The translations under genes and the position numbers were made by a program. This document shows positions 35,401 through 47,183 of a stretch of 64,000 nt of DNA, one piece after another (the stretch's first letter is position 1; each line of letters starts with the position of its first letter). This stretch comes from Dictyostelium discoideum (lineage: Eukaryota). The stretch is taken from the NCBI GenBank assembly GCA_000004695.1, contig CM000151.3, forward strand, positions 256,001 through 320,000, read 5' to 3'. Under the pieces are notes generated by a model that had not been told where the DNA came from, searched no databases, and worked only from the letters and a program-made list of their open reading frames with translations.

Positions 35401-35884
35401 AATATAAACAAAATTTTAGTACTAAAATTATTATTATTATTTTTATTATAATAATTATAATAAAAAAAAAAAAAAAAAAATTTCATATTATTTTATTTAT
35501 ATCTTTTATTTATTTTTATCTTTTTATTTTTATTATTAATTTTATAATTTATTTTCATTTCTTTTTTTTAGTTGATGTATATTTTTTTATTATTCATTTA
35601 TGTCTACGTTCTAATAAAAAAAATATACACAAAAAAAAAAAAAATTAAAAATAAAAAAAAAAATAAATTGAAGGCACTCATATACTGTCTTCCCAAATAA
35701 CATGTTTTTCAATGTTTTTATACAAATCAGAATTATTTTAAAATAAATTTATGGGATTCTTTTTTTTGTTAATCAAGCAAAATAACGCAGGTATCTCAAT
35801 CAGTCACTTTTCTAAATATTAATTTTTTATTATTAAATCATTATATAATTAAATTAATTAAAATAATTAAAAAAAAAATAAAAA

Positions 35885-35920
<36 letters not shown>

Positions 35921-35959
35921 GAATGAAATGGAATAAAATAAATTAAAAAAAAGAAATAC

Positions 35960-36420
35960 AGAAATTAAAGAAACTTATTTCGAAATTGTTTAAACAATCA
36001 TACAGTTTAAAATTAAATAAATTGTTTTAAACCACCACTTTTTTTGAACACATGAAAATAAATAAGAAATAAAAATAAAAAGATAAAAAAAGATTTGTTT
36101 TTATTTTTTTTTATTTTATAATTATTCTTGTCGTCAGTATTGTTACTATTAATTAATCCCATGAGTTTTTTATTATTATTATTTTTAATTCTTTTATATT
36201 TGAGATGATTATTATTAATTAAATGACTTTGAGTTTTTTTTTTTATTTTTCTATGCCCAAAATTACCATATTAATTTCAGCCTAAAATAGGTGGTCTGTG
36301 CATGCCAAAATTAATATGGCTGCTGAAATTAATATGGTAATTCTAGCAGACATAAGTCCCATGCCAAAATTATCATATTAATTTCAGCAGCCATATTAAT
36401 TTTGGCATGGGACACGTGAT
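35960..36420. repeat. MITE-like palindromic repeat, full copy (~460 bp): conserved arm ...ttataattattcttgtcgtcagtattgttactattaattaatcccatgag...atttgagatgattattattaattaaatgactttgag... followed by a nested long hairpin of CCATGCCAAAATTA.CATATTAATTTCAGC units
   Basis: Near-identical to 51690-52150. Non-coding and strongly self-complementary. Confidence 0.65.
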
Positions 36421-36744
36421 ATCGGAAAATCACATGCATCAATTACATTAACCAACAATGGCAATGGTGAAACATCAACAATTCCAACAGATGTTGATGG
36501 AGCAGTAGTGGTTGATGATTACAAATTTTTATCCGTTAATTGTGGTTATAAAGTGTTTTTAATTTCAAATATTATATATAAAAAAAATAAAATTTTAAAA
36601 AAAACCAATTTGTAAAATACATTATAAAAAACAAATAATAATTATGTAACTATATGTAAAATAAACTTTTCAAATAAATAATATTAAAAATTATAGAAAG
36701 AAATTTTTAAGTTATCAATTTTCATTATTTTTTTTTTTACTGAA

Positions 36745-37330
36745 TTTGGTGTACACAGGATCATAGGTTCCCCCGTCATTTTTTGAAAATGGGGCACATC
36801 CCCTTAAAATAAAAAACTAAATGCTAAAAGTTATCTATTTTTATATCTAATTTCGAATTAATATTATCGAGGAAATCTGTGAATGCTAATCTAACCAACA
36901 GATACCTGCTTTTTCATTTCTATCAACATTGAATCTACTACAGATATTGATATTATTATTATTTAATTTTTGTGAAAGAAATGTCACGGAGGTGAACCTG
37001 TTTCTTCTTATTTGATTCTATACTTCTTAGTTGATAAAGAGTGTGGACCTGTAGTTTAAGTTAGTAGGTAGTGGTGGTAAAACTTGATGGCATCGTGTAA
37101 AGGATGATACAGTATGAGTGGTTGTTGATGCAGAACGAGTTGAAGCCTTTGTCAAAGTTGTGTATATCAAATGATGCGAATACTCTATTAGTTTGAACGA
37201 TGCTATTGTAAACTACTAAATCAGTGTAAGCTGTACATTTGGTAAGTGGCGTAATAATTGAACTTTGTGACATTGTGTAAAAGAGATCGTTGACATAGTG
37301 ACCTTGTGGTGTGAGGGTTCATTTGATTTT
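36745..37330 (-). repeat. Composite S/T-rich unit, copy 2: GGTGTACACAGGATCATAGG... module at 36748-36960, S/T ORF body at 37040-37150, conserved 5' module with ATGTCAACGATCTC... at 37190-37310
   Basis: Alignment to 31400-32060. ORF 37061..37273(-) is an off-frame artefact of the same region. Confidence 0.5.
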
Positions 37331-37544
37331 GTATAGAGCAAAGCCATACTAATAATACATTGTGGTGTGAGGGTCAATTGAGTTGGAAATTAATTTGTTT
37401 TATTATCGAACCTGATGCTTTCTACTATTAACACTACTTCTGGATTTAGTGTGATACCTATCCACTTTTACTATTACAATTACATGAAGTTCATGATAAT
37501 TTTAGGTTTTTTGATTTTGCTGATGGATATTGATGATCTTCTTC

Positions 37545-38220
37545 TTTGGTGAACACAGGATCATAGGTTCCCCGTCATTTTTTGAAAATGGGGCCCATCC
37601 CCTTAAAATAAAACCATATGCTAAAATTTATCCCTTTTTACATCCAATGTTGAATTAATTATCGAGGAAATAGGTGACCTGCTTTTCATTTCTATCTTCT
37701 GCTATGTATCAAAATTGTACCAAGATTAAATTGATCACTTGGGTTTCTATTGTTGTTTGGTGCTGACAGAAACCATTAAATCAGATTGTTGATCCGTTTT
37801 ATCTCTTCTTTACCACCACCAATACTTGATTTGCCGCAAGTAGTTTATGGTGCACCATGAGTAGCTGATGGAACAGTAGTGGTTGATGATGCAAAATGAG
37901 AAGTTAATGGACCAATAGAAGTTGATGGTGTTGCATGAGTAGTTGATGGACCAGTGGAAGTTGATGATGTAACATGAGTAGTTGGTGAATCAATGGAAGT
38001 TGATGATACAGTATGAGTATTTGATGGACCAGTGGAAGTTGATGATGTAACATGAGTAGTTGATCTACTACTACCACTACTACCACTACAACTACTGCTA
38101 CTATTAATACTAATACTAATACTATTACTAATACTAATACTAATACTAATACTAATACTAATACTAATACTAATTCTACTATCTTTACTATTCATTCCAA
38201 TTGGTGTTATCATCTGAAGT
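37545..38220 (-). repeat. Composite S/T-rich unit, copy 3. Module at 37548-37740. The minus ORF 37845..38213 encodes 12-aa S/T repeats (TTHVTSSTSTGPS) and begins in a (TACTAA)n microsatellite (ISISIS).
   Basis: Alignment to copies 1 and 2. Microsatellite at 38105-38175. Confidence 0.5.
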
Positions 38221-38764
38221 TGAATTAATTTTTATCACTTTTAAAACCGAATTCTCGACGTCTCCAAGAATATAAGAACAATAATTCAATATTGTTACAT
38301 TATGTTGTTGAAACATTTACACCTCTACCCCGTGCATATGTATCATTATTATTTGATATTGCAATTGAATGATTAACAATTAAAATGAAAACCAAAAAAA
38401 AAAAAAAAATTGGAAATTGGTAATGTTTCTACTGTAAAAAAAAAAATTAAAAAAAAAAATTAAAAAAAAAAAAAATAAAAAAAAAAATAAATAATTTTAG
38501 AAGCTATTATTATTTATTTATTTATTTATGTATTTATTTTTTTTTTATTTTTTTTATATATTTATCTTTTTAATTATTTTTTTGACAAATAATTGAGAAT
38601 GAAAACTAGAATTATTACCAATCTAATTTATTTCTTAATTTTTTTTTTTTTTGATTTTTCTTTTTTTTTTGATATTTTTCAAAAATTTTTTTTTAAAATA
38701 TATAAATGAGATATTTTAAAACATATCATTTATCAGACACTCTTTATAATTTAAACAAATAATA

Positions 38765-40618
38765 ATGTCAACAAATAAAAAAATAAAAACAGATAATAAT
38801 AATAAAATATTTCAAGATATTATTGATTTTGAAATTTTAAAATCTATAATCGATTATTTATTAACCAGCAAAAAAAATAAAAATAATAATAATATTAATA
38901 ATAATCAATATATAATTAAAAAATTTTATTTATATAGAGATGAAATATTAAATTATATATTAGTTTCAAAAAAGTGGTATAATTTTATATCATTTACAAT
39001 ATCAAATAATATTATTAATAATAAACTATTTGAACATTGGTTAAAAACTAATTTTAGTAATAATTCATTTATTGAAAATTATAATAATCAAAATCAATAT
39101 GATAAAAATAATTTAATTTATAATAACATAGAAGATAAACAATATAAAATTAGTTTTAATAAAGAATTTTCAATTATAAAAATCAAAGAATCAATAATCA
39201 ATGATTATTTTAAATTCAATTTATTTTTAGATCATTTTACGATTGACGATGATTTTAAAGAAATTAAAAATAAATTTGAAAAAAATCAATTACTTTATCA
39301 TAGAATTGTAGTTAGTGTTGATACTGATAATTATGGGTTTCCTAGTGATATTTTATTTACAATACATGAATATGTATCAAATGAAAATTCAGAAATCATA
39401 TCAAATTTATTTAAAATATTAGAATTAAATTTTGATTTTTGGTTGGATTACGGATATTGTCCACGTTCTGAAGAGGAGGATGATGAAGGTAATAAAAAAT
39501 GTAGAGAAATATATTTAAATAATTTATCAATTGCTGGTTATAATAGAGAAGTAGGTGAAGATGAAGAAACATTAAAGATATTCAAAATTTTCAAAAGTAA
39601 AAATATAATTTATGATGGATCCAATATTGATGAAAGTGATACTCCAACACATATCGATTATTCAACATTATTCGATCCAGATAATTCAGGTCAACAAGTT
39701 GAATCAATTAAAGTAAAAAATGAATATGGTAATGAAGCACGTCATTTAATCAAACTTAATCAATTTAAAAATTTACATTCAATTACAATACCAATTAATT
39801 CATTTCAAATATTATCAAACTTATCTGAAGAAATGGGATTTTGTAAGTTATATCGTACGATATATTCAGGTGATTCAGATAATATGAAATCAGAATTAAA
39901 TCAAATGATTAATTCATTCATTACAAATAAATCTTTAAAGTATTTAAATATATCATCTGTAAATTCAATATACACTCTTCCAATTAAAAATTATGATGGA
40001 GGTTATCATGAAATTTTTTTTAATAAAATAAATAAAACTATAGAATCATATTCAAATTCATTTAAACCATTATTTTCAGAATTAAATACATCGATTGAAA
40101 GAATTGAATTTGATTGTATGGGTTTATTAAATAATAAATCAATTAAATATTTATATTTATATGATAGTGATTTCATTGTTTATTCATCAAAACAAAAAGG
40201 TAATGTTAGTGGTATTCGATTACATAAAGAACATATTTCAATTAATCAATATTTATTTGATAATATATTTTCATCACCATTAACATCAATTAGACATTAT
40301 AAAATTAAATTCATAGAATTAAATCAAATCAAATTCTTATTTAATTTAATATTAAATAATATTTTTAAATTACAATTATATTCATTAATATTTGAATTCA
40401 ATGATAGCGAATTAATTGGTGAATTTGTTAAAGAATTTAAAAACTTAATAAATAATATTTCAACACAAGAACAACAAAAATCAAATAACATAAATTTAAA
40501 AGAAATTAAGATTAAAATTCAAGATGTTAATATTGATAAATATATTCAAGAATTAAATAATATTAACAATCCATATTTTACAACAATAATAAAGAAAAAA
40601 GCTAATAATGATGATTAA
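38765..40618 (+). CDS. Tandem-family paralogue (617 aa)
   Basis: Intact ORF. Upstream motif tatcagacactctttataatttaaacaaataata (38733-38764). Confidence 0.85.
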   Translation: MSTNKKIKTDNNNKIFQDIIDFEILKSIIDYLLTSKKNKNNNNINNNQYIIKKFYLYRDEILNYILVSKKWYNFISFTISNNIINNKLFEHWLKTNFSNNSFIENYNNQNQYDKNNLIYNNIEDKQYKISFNKEFSIIKIKESIINDYFKFNLFLDHFTIDDDFKEIKNKFEKNQLLYHRIVVSVDTDNYGFPSDILFTIHEYVSNENSEIISNLFKILELNFDFWLDYGYCPRSEEEDDEGNKKCREIYLNNLSIAGYNREVGEDEETLKIFKIFKSKNIIYDGSNIDESDTPTHIDYSTLFDPDNSGQQVESIKVKNEYGNEARHLIKLNQFKNLHSITIPINSFQILSNLSEEMGFCKLYRTIYSGDSDNMKSELNQMINSFITNKSLKYLNISSVNSIYTLPIKNYDGGYHEIFFNKINKTIESYSNSFKPLFSELNTSIERIEFDCMGLLNNKSIKYLYLYDSDFIVYSSKQKGNVSGIRLHKEHISINQYLFDNIFSSPLTSIRHYKIKFIELNQIKFLFNLILNNIFKLQLYSLIFEFNDSELIGEFVKEFKNLINNISTQEQQKSNNINLKEIKIKIQDVNIDKYIQELNNINNPYFTTIIKKKANNDD

Positions 40619-40794
40619 AAAAAATTATCTATATCTAAATTATTCATTTTTCATCCAACTATTTATTTTTTTTTTATTTTTTTTTTTTCAAGTTTTATTT
40701 GGATAAAATTAAATAAAATATTTTTTTTATTTATTTTTTTTTTTTTAGTTTCAAACTGTCACACCTGAATAAAAAAAATAAATGAAAAAACCCT

Positions 40795-40870
40795 CCCTCT
40801 TTATAATTTTTACAAATAATAATAATATCAACAAATTAAACAGACAATTATAATTTACAAAAAAAAAAAA
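40795..40870 (+). pseudogene. Orphan 5' remnant of a family gene (promoter motif plus first codons, ATG lost)
   Basis: ccctccctctttataatttttacaaataataataatATCAACAAATTAAACAGACAATTATAATTTACA with no downstream ORF. Confidence 0.55.
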
Positions 40871-41223
40871 AAAAAAAAAAAAAAATGGAAAAAAGAAAAC
40901 ATTTTTTTTTTTTAATTATTTCTAATTATTTTTAGAATTTAAACACTTTTATACACCTTATTATATTTTAAAATTTAAATTATTTAAAATGAGTGAATTA
41001 GGGGCAAAAAACGAAAAAAAAAAAAGAATTTCTTGCATAAAAAATATCTTTCTCAAATTTTTTTTTTTTTTTTTTATTTTATTTCATTTTTATTTTTATT
41101 TTATTTTTTATTTTATTTCATTTTATTTTTTTTTCCCAAAAAAAACCTTGTTTGAACCAAACAAATACTGTAACACACAAAAAAAAAAAATTGTAAACAT
41201 CTTTAATGGGTGCGACCATAAAT

Positions 41224-41272
<49 letters not shown>

Positions 41273-41662
41273 TTTGGGACAGTATTTGTTCGTTTCACAA
41301 AAAAAACAATTGAAAAAATCTTTCATGGCACTAAAAAAAGATTTTTAAAAAAAAAAAAAATGGATAAAATTTTAAAAAAACGATATCCATTTTGAATAAT
41401 TTAAAAAAAAAATAGGATGTATAAAGATAATCAAAAAAGAAACTTTTTATCCAAAAATGGATAAAGGTAAAATACTAAAAATTAAAATATATATATTAAA
41501 AAAAAAAATTAAATATATTTTTTTTATATATTTATTTTTTTTTTTTTTTTTTTTTTTTCTAAAAATTTAACAAAATAAACATTTTTTCAAAAAAAAAAAA
41601 AAAAAAAAAAAAAAAATTACCTCATTATTCTCGCGCACTCTTTATAATTTAAAAAAATAATA

Positions 41663-43516
41663 ATGTCAACAAATAAAAAAATAAAAACAGATAATAATAA
41701 AAAAATATTTCAAGATATTATTGATTTTGAAATTTTAAGATCAATAATTAATTATTTATTAATCAGCAAAAAAAATAAAAATAATAATAATAATACTAGT
41801 AATCAATATAAAATTAATAAATTTTATTTAAATAGAGATGAAATATTAAATTATATATTAGTTTCAAAAAAGTGGTATAATTTTATATCATTAACAATAT
41901 CAAATAGTATTATTAATAATAAATTATTTGAACATTGGTTAAAAATTAATTATAATAATAAATCATTTATTGAAAATTTTAATAATCAAAATCAATATGA
42001 TAAAAATAATTTAATTTCTAAAAACAAAAAATATAAACAAAATAAAATTAGTTTTAATAAAGAGTTTTCAATTATAAAAATCAAAGAATCAATAATCAAT
42101 GATTATTTTAAATTCAATTTTTTTTTAGATTATATTACAATTGATGATTTTAAAGAAATTAAAAATAAATTTGAAAATAATCAATTACTTTATAATAGAA
42201 TTGTAGTTAATGGTAGTTATGAAGGGGAAGTTTTATTTGGAATACATGAATATTTATCAAATGAAAATTCAGGAGTTATTTTAAATTTATTTAAAATATT
42301 AGAATTAAATCATGCTTTTAATTTATATTATAAACCAAAATCTGAAGAGAAGGATGAGGAGGATGGTCATGATGATAAAGGTAATAAGAAATGTACTGAA
42401 ATATATTTAAATAGTTTATCAGTTTTTGGTTTTGATGAAGGTGAGGGTGAAGTTCAAACATTAAAGATATTCAAAGTTTTCAAAGGTAAAAATTTAGTTT
42501 ATGATGGATCTGAAGAAGATCCTGATTTTCAAACACATATCAATTACTCTGCATTATTTGATCCAGATAGCTCAGGTCAACAAGTTGAATCGATTCAAGT
42601 ACAAAATAAATATGATAATGAAGAGTCAGTCGAAGCACGTCATTTAATCAAAGTTAATCAATTTAAAAATTTACATTCAATTATAATACCAATTAATTCA
42701 TTTCAAATATTATCAAACTTATCTAAAGAAATGGGATTTATTAGTTCCCATGGTTATGAAGAATATTCAGGAAATTCAGAAAATATGAAATCAGAATTAA
42801 ATCAAATGATCAATTCAATCGTTACAAGTAAATCTTTAAAGAATTTAAAAATAACATCTGTAAATTCAATATATTATCCAATTGATTACAAAGCTTTTTA
42901 TGATGGTGATCTTGAAACCCTTACTAATAAAGTAAATGAAACTATAGAATCATTTTCAAATTCATTTAAACCATTATTTTCAGAATTAAATACATCAATT
43001 GAAAGAATTGAATTTGATTGTATGGGTTTATTAAATATCAATACATTTTCAAATTTATTAAATAATAAATCAATTAAATATTTATATTTATATAATAGTG
43101 ATTTCATTGTTTTTTCACCTAAAAAAAGAGGTGGTCCATTTCATAGAGAACCTATTTCAATTAATCAATATTTATTTGATAATATATTTTCATCACCATT
43201 AACATCAATTAGACATTATAAAATTAAATTCATAAAATCAAATGAATTAAAATTCATATTTAATTTAATATTAAATAATATTTTTAAATTACAATTATAT
43301 TCATTAATATTTGAATTCAATGAAAACGAATTAATTGGTGAATTTTTTAAAGAATATAAAAATTTAAAAAATAATATTTCAACACAACAACAAAAATCAA
43401 ATAACATAAATTTAAAAGAAATTAAAATTAAAATTAAAGATGATGAATATATTCAAGAATTAAATAATATTAATATTCCATATTTCACCACAACATTAAT
43501 AAAGAAAATAACCTAA
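41663..43516 (+). CDS. Tandem-family paralogue (617 aa)
   Basis: Intact ORF. Upstream motif cgcgcactctttataatttaaaaaaataata (41635-41662). Confidence 0.85.
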   Translation: MSTNKKIKTDNNKKIFQDIIDFEILRSIINYLLISKKNKNNNNNTSNQYKINKFYLNRDEILNYILVSKKWYNFISLTISNSIINNKLFEHWLKINYNNKSFIENFNNQNQYDKNNLISKNKKYKQNKISFNKEFSIIKIKESIINDYFKFNFFLDYITIDDFKEIKNKFENNQLLYNRIVVNGSYEGEVLFGIHEYLSNENSGVILNLFKILELNHAFNLYYKPKSEEKDEEDGHDDKGNKKCTEIYLNSLSVFGFDEGEGEVQTLKIFKVFKGKNLVYDGSEEDPDFQTHINYSALFDPDSSGQQVESIQVQNKYDNEESVEARHLIKVNQFKNLHSIIIPINSFQILSNLSKEMGFISSHGYEEYSGNSENMKSELNQMINSIVTSKSLKNLKITSVNSIYYPIDYKAFYDGDLETLTNKVNETIESFSNSFKPLFSELNTSIERIEFDCMGLLNINTFSNLLNNKSIKYLYLYNSDFIVFSPKKRGGPFHREPISINQYLFDNIFSSPLTSIRHYKIKFIKSNELKFIFNLILNNIFKLQLYSLIFEFNENELIGEFFKEYKNLKNNISTQQQKSNNINLKEIKIKIKDDEYIQELNNINIPYFTTTLIKKIT

Positions 43517-43625
43517 AATTTAGGTGGTGTAATAGTTGAACGTGATGACATCGTGTAAAGGGGATCGTTGGCATAATAACCTACTAAATTTGGTGAACAC
43601 AGGATCATAGGTTTACTATAAACAA
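43510..43625 (-). repeat. Truncated composite S/T unit (5' module ATGCCAACGATCCCCTTTACACGATGTCATCACGTTCAAC... plus the start of the GGTGAACACAGGATCATAGG module)
   Basis: Alignment to 31700-31830 and 37250-37570. Confidence 0.45.
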
Positions 43626-43679
43626 ACATATAAAGAAATAAAAGATAAAAATAAAATGATATAAGATTTTTTTTTTTTT

Positions 43680-43885
43680 TTTTTTTTTTATTATTATTAT
43701 TATTGTAATAAAAAAAAAATAATAATTTTAGTACTAAAATTTTTTTAGTAATTTTAGTAACAGTTAATTAATCCCATGAGTTTCTATTTGTTTATATTTG
43801 AGATGATTATTAATTAAATGACTTTGACTTTTTTCTTTTTTCTATGCCAAAATTACCATATTAATTTCAGCATATACATAGCTGC
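43680..43885. repeat. MITE-like palindromic repeat, partial copy
   Basis: ...agtaacagttaattaatcccatgagtttctatttgtttatatttgagatgattattaattaaatgactttgac...ctatgccaaaattaccatattaatttcagc. Confidence 0.55.
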
Positions 43886-43936
43886 CAATGTGGTGTTCAA
43901 TTCATTCTAGATAATTTAAATAGTAACTATTATTAA

Positions 43937-44050
43937 CTATTTCTTTATTACTGTTGTGAAATATGGAATATTAATATTATTTATTTCTTGAATATATTCA
44001 TTATCATTAGTTTCAATTTTAATTTCTTTTAAAGTAATGTTATTTGATTT

Positions 44051-44126
<76 letters not shown>

Positions 44127-45916
44127 ATTGAAATATTATTTATTAAATTTTTAAATTCTTTAACAAAATCACAAACTAATTCGTTTTTATTGAATTCAAA
44201 TATTAATGAATATAATTGTAATTTAAAAATATTATTTAATATTAAATTAAATATGAATTTTAATTGATTTAATTCATTCAATTTAATTTTATAATGTCTA
44301 ATTGATGTTAATGGTGATGAAAATATATTATCAAATAAATATTGATTAATTGAAATAGGTTCTTGATGTAATTCATTACCGCTATAACTTGGTTTTGAAG
44401 AGTAAACAATGAAATCACTACCATATAAATATAAATATTTAATTGATTTATTATTTAATAAATTTGAAAATGTATTGATATTTAATAAACCACAACAATC
44501 AAATTCAATTCTTTCAATTGATGTATTTAATTCTGAAAATAATGGTTTAAATGAATTTGAAAATGATTCTATAGTTTCGTTTATTTTATTAGCAAAAATT
44601 TCATGATCAGCTCCCTTACAATCACGATAATATAAACCTTCATAATCAATTGGAGAATATTTTGAACTTACTGATGAGATATTTAAATTCTTTAAAGATT
44701 TACTTGTAATAAATGAATTGATCATTTGATTTAATTCTGTATTAATATTTTCAGAGTTACCCGATTCTGATTTACTATTATAAAATCTAATAAATCCCAT
44801 ATCCTCAGATAAGTTTGATAATATTTGAAAAGAGCTAATTGGTATTGTAATTGAATGTAAATTTTCAAATTGATTAACTTTGGCTAAATGGAGAGGTTCA
44901 ACAAATTCATCATTATCAGGTTCAATTTGTACTTTAATTGATTCAACTTGTTGACCTGAATTATCTGGATCAAATAATGCTGAATAATTGACATGTGTAG
45001 GCATATCACTACAAGTATCAGATCCATCATAAAATATATTTCTACCTTTGAAAATTTTGAATATCTTTACTGTTTCTTCATCATTACCTACTTCTCCATC
45101 AAAACCTGCAATTGATAAATTATTTAAATATAATTCAGTACATTTCTTACCACCTTTATCAGTATCATGATCACCTTCCTCCTCTTCAGAGTTTGGGCTA
45201 TAACCATTATCCAAACAAAAATCAATATTTAATTCTAATATTTTAAATAATTTTGATATGACTTCTGAATTTTCATTTGATACATATTCATGTATTCTAA
45301 ATAAAGTTGTTTTATTATTATTACTATCATAATCAGCATCAACATTAACTACAATTCTATTATAAAGTAATTGATTATTTTCAAATTTATTTTTAATTTC
45401 TTTAAAATCATCAATTGTAATCTTATATAAAAATAAATTGATTTTAAAATAATCATTGATTATTGATTCTTTGATTTTTATAATTGAAAACTCTTTATTA
45501 AAACTAATTTTATTTTGTTGATAATTATAATCTTCATCTTTAAAAATTAAATTATTTTTATCATATTGATTTTGATTATTATAATTTTCAATAAATGATT
45601 TATTTTTATTATTATAATTAATTTTTAACCAATGTTCAAATAATTTATTATCAATAATATTATTTGATATTGTTAATGATATAAAATTATACCACTTTTT
45701 TGAAACTAATATATAATTTAATATTTCATTTCTATAAAAATAAAATTTATTAATTTTATATATATTAATAGTATTATTATTTAAATTATTATTTTTATTT
45801 TTATTTTTTTTGCTAGTTAATAAATAGTTGATTATAGATTTTAAAATTTCAAAATCAATAATATCTTGAAATATTTTATTGTTATTATTTGTTTTTATTT
45901 TTTTACTTGTTGACAT
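43937..45916 (-). CDS. Tandem-family paralogue (659 aa), the only inverted member. (CAA)n-encoded polyQ of ~37 residues.
   Basis: Intact ORF on the minus strand. Family upstream motif in reverse at 45917-45955 (...cattattatttgttaacatgatatgttaagagtgagtttg). Confidence 0.85.
44051..44126 (-). repeat. (CAA)n trinucleotide microsatellite encoding polyQ (shown as (TTG)n on the plus strand)
   Basis: Direct read. The homologous polyQ in other paralogues ranges from 3 to 12 Q. Confidence 0.9.
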
Positions 45917-45955
45917 TATTATTTGTTAACATGATATGTTAAGAGTGAGTTTGAA
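45917..45955 (-). promoter_or_regulatory. Family-conserved upstream motif of the inverted paralogue
   Basis: Reverse complement reads caaactcactcttaacatatcatgttaacaaataataATG. Confidence 0.55.
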
Positions 45956-46267
45956 TTTTTAAAGTGTTTGAAAAAAAAAAAAGTAAAAAAAAAAAGAAAA
46001 AAAAAAAAAAAGTTGTGATTAGAGATGCTGGAAATGAAAAAAAAATAAAAAAAAAAAAAAAAAAAAATTTGGCAAAAAAAAAAAAAAATTGTTTTTTTTT
46101 ATTTTTTTTATTTTTTTTAAAAACAAGTTTAAACGATCCATCTTCTAATGGTAAAATGATGGGATCATTTAATTTTAATCTCTGAGTGCCGAAGAATTCC
46201 AATGGAGTATGAAGATGTTCAGTTGGTTCTATAGTTTTGTTTATAAATAAAAAAAGAGAGAATTTAA

Positions 46268-46708
46268 TTAATTAATTAAAAATAATAATAATAATAATAA
46301 TAGTTTACCTTGGTAAGCTTTACTCAAATCATGTAGTTTTTGTTTCTTTAGTGGTGACTTTCTTTTGAGGCTAGAGTTGGATTTTGAATCTTCATCTGAC
46401 TCCGATTCTGATGGATCTGAATATTCTTCCTCATTGTCATTTGGGTTTGGTAATTGTGGTTGTGGTGGTGTTATTGTTGGTATTGTCTGTGCAGTAGATG
46501 CAGAAGGGACTTGAACGGTGATTGTGTGACTTTTTAAATCTGATGAAATTTTCTTTATCCTTTGGGTTAACGCAGTTTTGGTTCTTTTTTGTTGGAAATT
46601 AATATTTAAATTATTGAGAATATCGTCGGCAACCAAAGAAGGTTTTTTTAATAATTCGCTTTTAATATAATTATCTTCAGCTGGAGACCAATTTGAAGTT
46701 TTGGGCAT
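46268..46708 (-). CDS. Myb/SANT-like DNA-binding protein (W-x2-E-D-x2-I...RTKTALTQRIKKI), acidic/Ser-rich tail. Probable GTAAAC..TATAG intron at ~46231-46310 joining a second exon (~46100-46230; ...EPTEHLHTPLEFFGTQRLKLNDPIILPLEDGSFKLVFKKNKK).
   Basis: ORF 46268..46708 begins MPKTSNWSPAEDNYIKSELLKKPSLVADDILNNLNINFQQKRTKTALTQRIKKI. ORF 45939..46202 continues after a splice with a phase-1 donor at caag|gtaaac. Divergently paired with the DDE_Tnp_4 fragment at 46947. Confidence 0.4.
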   Translation of the reverse strand: MPKTSNWSPAEDNYIKSELLKKPSLVADDILNNLNINFQQKRTKTALTQRIKKISSDLKSHTITVQVPSASTAQTIPTITPPQPQLPNPNDNEEEYSDPSESESDEDSKSNSSLKRKSPLKKQKLHDLSKAYQGKLLLLLLLFLIN

Positions 46709-46731
46709 TCTTTAAATATAAAAATAAAATT

Positions 46732-46771
<40 letters not shown>

Positions 46772-46946
46772 AAAAAAAAAAGAAGTTTTGTCAAAATACT
46801 CTCCATTAGTTTTTTCAAAAAAAAAAAAATGCACATTTTTTTTAAAAAAAATTACAGTAACAATAAATTACTATAAGCTGCTCGTAATATTTTACGAGGG
46901 CAGCACCAAAAAAAAAGTCCAGTAACTTTTACACTAAAAAAAAAAG

Positions 46947-47115
46947 ATTGATGGTATTAAAATTTATTCAGTCATAGACACCACATTATTTAATATTCAA
47001 AAACCAACTGATTTTCAAGATGTTTATTATTCACCAAAACACAAAAAACATGGCATCAAATTGGAAGTTGTATGCAACGTTTCAGATGGAAAAATCATTT
47101 GGGTATCAAATGGTG

Positions 47116-47183
<68 letters not shown>

